Below, in pieces: positions 61,620 through 64,000 of a DNA stretch of 64,000 nucleotides. The DNA is from an uncultured bacterium. Its GTDB lineage: Bacteria > Acidobacteriota > Thermoanaerobaculia > Multivoradales > JAHZIX01. Numbering within the stretch: the stretch's first letter is position 1; every line of letters starts with the position of its first letter. A program made the translations under genes and the position numbers. Location of the stretch: positions 192,001-256,000 of the forward strand of contig CBDUPA010000002.1 of assembly GCA_965368975.1 (NCBI GenBank), read 5' to 3'. The notes beneath the pieces are model-generated. The model saw only the letters and a list, made by a program, of their open reading frames with translations, was not told where the DNA came from and ran no database searches.

Positions 61620-62988
61620 GCAGCGGCCAGAAGAAGGACGTTTAGAACACGGAAACCGGGCGCAGATTCCGGGGGAGGAGCAGCGCCGAGCAGACGACAG
61701 CGCGGGTAGCACTCGCTCCCGGGCAGCCTTGAAATCCCTGTTCCGCAAGATCGAAGCTCAGGATCGGGACGCGACTCTGGGAGGTGCCTCTAAAGGCGGC
61801 GTCCTCGACTGGGACAAGAAAGAGTCCTCGCAGCGTACCGACTACAGCACTCTGGTGGAACGAGTCGTCTCGCGCATGGACAAGAAGCGGCAATTGTTGG
61901 CGAAGCAACGCGAGCAAGCACCAGTCTTGATGTCCGAGCTGCTCCGCCATCCGCCGGAACGACGGCAGGTTCTGCTCAACAACAGCCAACGCTACCGCAA
62001 CCTACCGTTGTGCGACGTGCTGCTGGAAGAGAGCCTGGAGAGTGGCTTCCGCAACCCCATGGAAGCCGTCGAGCTGGCGGAACTGGCGATCGACGTCGCC
62101 GACCGACTCGATCCCGAATCCTTCAGCCGTGCCGTCATCTACGACGTGCGCGCCCGCAGTTGGACGTTCCTGGCCAACGCCCGCCGTATCAGCGGCGAGT
62201 ACCGTACTGCGGCAGAAGCCTTCCGCCGTGCCGAGGTTCTGCTCGCCGGCGGCACCGGGGATCTGCTGGAACGCGCCCGCTTCTTCGCCTTCAAGGCGAC
62301 CCTGCACAGCGACCTGAGTCAGTATGAGCAGGCGCTGGCGCTGTTCGACCGCGCCATCCACATCTATCGCCGTTCCGGTGACGACCAGTTGCTCGGACAG
62401 CTGTTGATTCGCAAGGGCCTGCACTGTGGCAGCGCTGGCGACCCGCTGGGTGCCATCGAATTGCTACGCGAAGGCCTGAAGTTGGTCGATACCGACCAGG
62501 AACCGCGCTTGGCGCTGGCCGCGAACCATAGCCTGATCATCAACCTCAATGAGCTCGGCCAGCAGGACGAAGCCCTCGCACTGCTGGAGAACAGCCGGCC
62601 GATGTACAAGCGGCTCGGCGAGCGCATCAACCTGATGCGGCTTCGCTGGCTGGAGGCACGTCTGGCCCGCTCCCGGGACGAGTTGGAAGAGGCCGAGCGC
62701 GCTCTCACCGAGGCACGTCAAGCGTTCATCAACCAGCACCTCACCCACGAGGCGGCGCTCGTCTCGCTCGAACTGGCAGCGCTCTACTTGGAGCAGGGCC
62801 GCACGGCCGAGATCAAGGTGCTGGCGCGCGACATCTTCACCATCTTCAACTCGATTGACCTCAAGCGCGAGGCCTTTGCGGCACTCGTCCTGCTCGAGAA
62901 GTCGGCTCAGATGGAGACGGTCACCCTGACGCTGATCCAAGAGACGATGCATGCTCTGGCACGCTCGACTCGCCATTCGGGTGTCTGA
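61612..62988 (+). CDS. Cytoplasmic TPR-repeat protein
   Basis: Overlaps sigma by 8 bp; serial TPR-like units (ANARRISGEY..AAEAFRRA; QYEQALALFDRA; GDPLGAIELLREG); no TM or signal. Confidence 0.85.
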   Translation: MPEQRPEEGRLEHGNRAQIPGEEQRRADDSAGSTRSRAALKSLFRKIEAQDRDATLGGASKGGVLDWDKKESSQRTDYSTLVERVVSRMDKKRQLLAKQREQAPVLMSELLRHPPERRQVLLNNSQRYRNLPLCDVLLEESLESGFRNPMEAVELAELAIDVADRLDPESFSRAVIYDVRARSWTFLANARRISGEYRTAAEAFRRAEVLLAGGTGDLLERARFFAFKATLHSDLSQYEQALALFDRAIHIYRRSGDDQLLGQLLIRKGLHCGSAGDPLGAIELLREGLKLVDTDQEPRLALAANHSLIINLNELGQQDEALALLENSRPMYKRLGERINLMRLRWLEARLARSRDELEEAERALTEARQAFINQHLTHEAALVSLELAALYLEQGRTAEIKVLARDIFTIFNSIDLKREAFAALVLLEKSAQMETVTLTLIQETMHALARSTRHSGV

Positions 62989-63032
62989 ACGGGGCACCTG
63001 AGTATCCAACCACCGGGGAATCCTCTCGGTGG

Positions 63033-63083
63033 TGTAGGCAAGAGAAAAGGCGGTCCGACGGACCGCCTTTTCTCTTGCCTACA
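63033..63083. terminator. 24-bp perfect inverted repeat, bidirectional terminator
   Basis: TGTAGGCAAGAGAAAAGGCGGTCC-GAC-GGACCGCCTTTTCTCTTGCCTACA. Confidence 0.85.
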
Positions 63084-63142
63084 AAAGCTCCCGTCCCGAG
63101 AGACAGGAGCCACACACCGGGGCCGGCCACACAGACCCAGTT

Positions 63143-64000
63143 CTAGAGGTCTTTGACCTCGGCCACAAGGTCTTGCAGCATCTTCTTCGCGTCGCCGAAC
63201 AGCATCATGGTGTTGTCGTACTCGAAGAGTTCGTTCTTGATGCCAGCGAACCCCGGGCTCAGCGAACGCTTGATGACCATCACGGTCGCGGCATGTTGAA
63301 CCTCTAGGATTGGCATACCGGCAATCGGACTGTCTGGATCGTTCATCGCCGCCGGATTGACGACGTCGTTGGCACCCACCACGAGAACCACGTCGGTGTT
63401 GCGGAACTCTGGGTTGATCAGATCCATCTCCACCAGCTGCTCGTAGGGCACGTCCGCCTCCGCCAGCAGCACGTTCATGTGGCCCGGCATCCGGCCGGCG
63501 ACCGGATGGATTGCATACTTGACGTCGCAGCCCCGACCTTCCAGCAGGTTGGCCAGATCACGGACCGTGTGCTGCGCCTGCGCCACCGCCAAGCCATAAC
63601 CGGGAACAACGATGACCGAGGACGCCGAATCCATGACCATGGCTGCCTCTTCGGCGCTGTAGGAGCGCACGTTCGTGTACTCGCTCTTGCCGCCACCACC
63701 ACCGCCAGTGGACTCTTCGGCACCGAAACCACCGAACAAGACGTTGGCGAGCGAACGGTTCATGGCCACGCACATGATCTGGGTCAAGATCAAGCCCGAA
63801 GCACCGACCAGCGCACCACTGATGATCAGCAGGTTGTTCTGCAACACGAAGCCCGTCGCACAGGCAGCCAGGCCAGAGTAAGAGTTGAGCAGCGAGATGA
63901 CCACCGGCATGTCGGCACCCCCGATGGGGACGACCAGCAGCACACCGAGCACCAGCGCTGCGGCACTGAGAATCAGCATCACCTGCGCCATCTCGGCGAC
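63143..64000 (-). CDS. pntB: NAD(P) transhydrogenase beta subunit (3' part; 5' end beyond window)
   Basis: IGGADMPVVISLLNSYSG, AMNRS, PGYGLAVAQAQ, HPVAGRMPGHMNVLLAEA, GANDVVNP. Confidence 0.97.
   Translation of the reverse strand, partial: VAEMAQVMLILSAAALVLGVLLVVPIGGADMPVVISLLNSYSGLAACATGFVLQNNLLIISGALVGASGLILTQIMCVAMNRSLANVLFGGFGAEESTGGGGGGKSEYTNVRSYSAEEAAMVMDSASSVIVVPGYGLAVAQAQHTVRDLANLLEGRGCDVKYAIHPVAGRMPGHMNVLLAEADVPYEQLVEMDLINPEFRNTDVVLVVGANDVVNPAAMNDPDSPIAGMPILEVQHAATVMVIKRSLSPGFAGIKNELFEYDNTMMLFGDAKKMLQDLVAEVKDL

Noticed and set aside
63033-63083. 24-bp inverted repeat as a MITE or IS end
   Set aside because: Single copy, no target-site duplication, lies between convergent genes with A/T tracts; a terminator explains it.

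Overview
High-GC bacterial chromosome window with no prophage, integrase, transposase, rRNA or CRISPR array. Gene content (ECF43 sigma/Ser-Thr kinase-TPR pair, large cytoplasmic TPR protein next to an ECF, OM beta-barrels, TolC) suggests a diderm, most likely Acidobacteriota/Thermoanaerobaculia-like; this is an inference. Housekeeping scaffold: TetR-TolC-MFP-RND efflux operon, PBP1B, UvrA paralog, ettA, a surface-glycan cluster, comF, tRNA-Ala(GGC), pyruvate carboxylase, a two-component system, MATE, an ABC1 kinase, a GGDEF protein, prfA and pntB. The accessory cassettes of most interest are five. (1) 60706-62988: small secreted pre-pro-peptide ending GVYIDPIGNS + ECF sigma + overlapping cytoplasmic TPR protein, a candidate RRNPP-like peptide/TPR signalling system wired to a sigma factor. 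(2) 5955-11080: divergent sigma-like protein + MazF/PemK-fold partner + phospho-type ECF43 + Ser/Thr kinase-TPR, converging on an unannotated 48-aa Thr-rich peptide gene. (3) 48686-49780: a redoxin-DsbD-N fusion split in the ORF track but readable as a W-U-P-H-C selenoprotein with a SECIS-like hairpin. (4) 55422-58059: an orphan operon of two lipoproteins and a helical protein. (5) A decayed islet after tRNA-Ala containing a Cys-rich defensin-like precursor. All family calls come from motif recognition by eye; no database searches were run.
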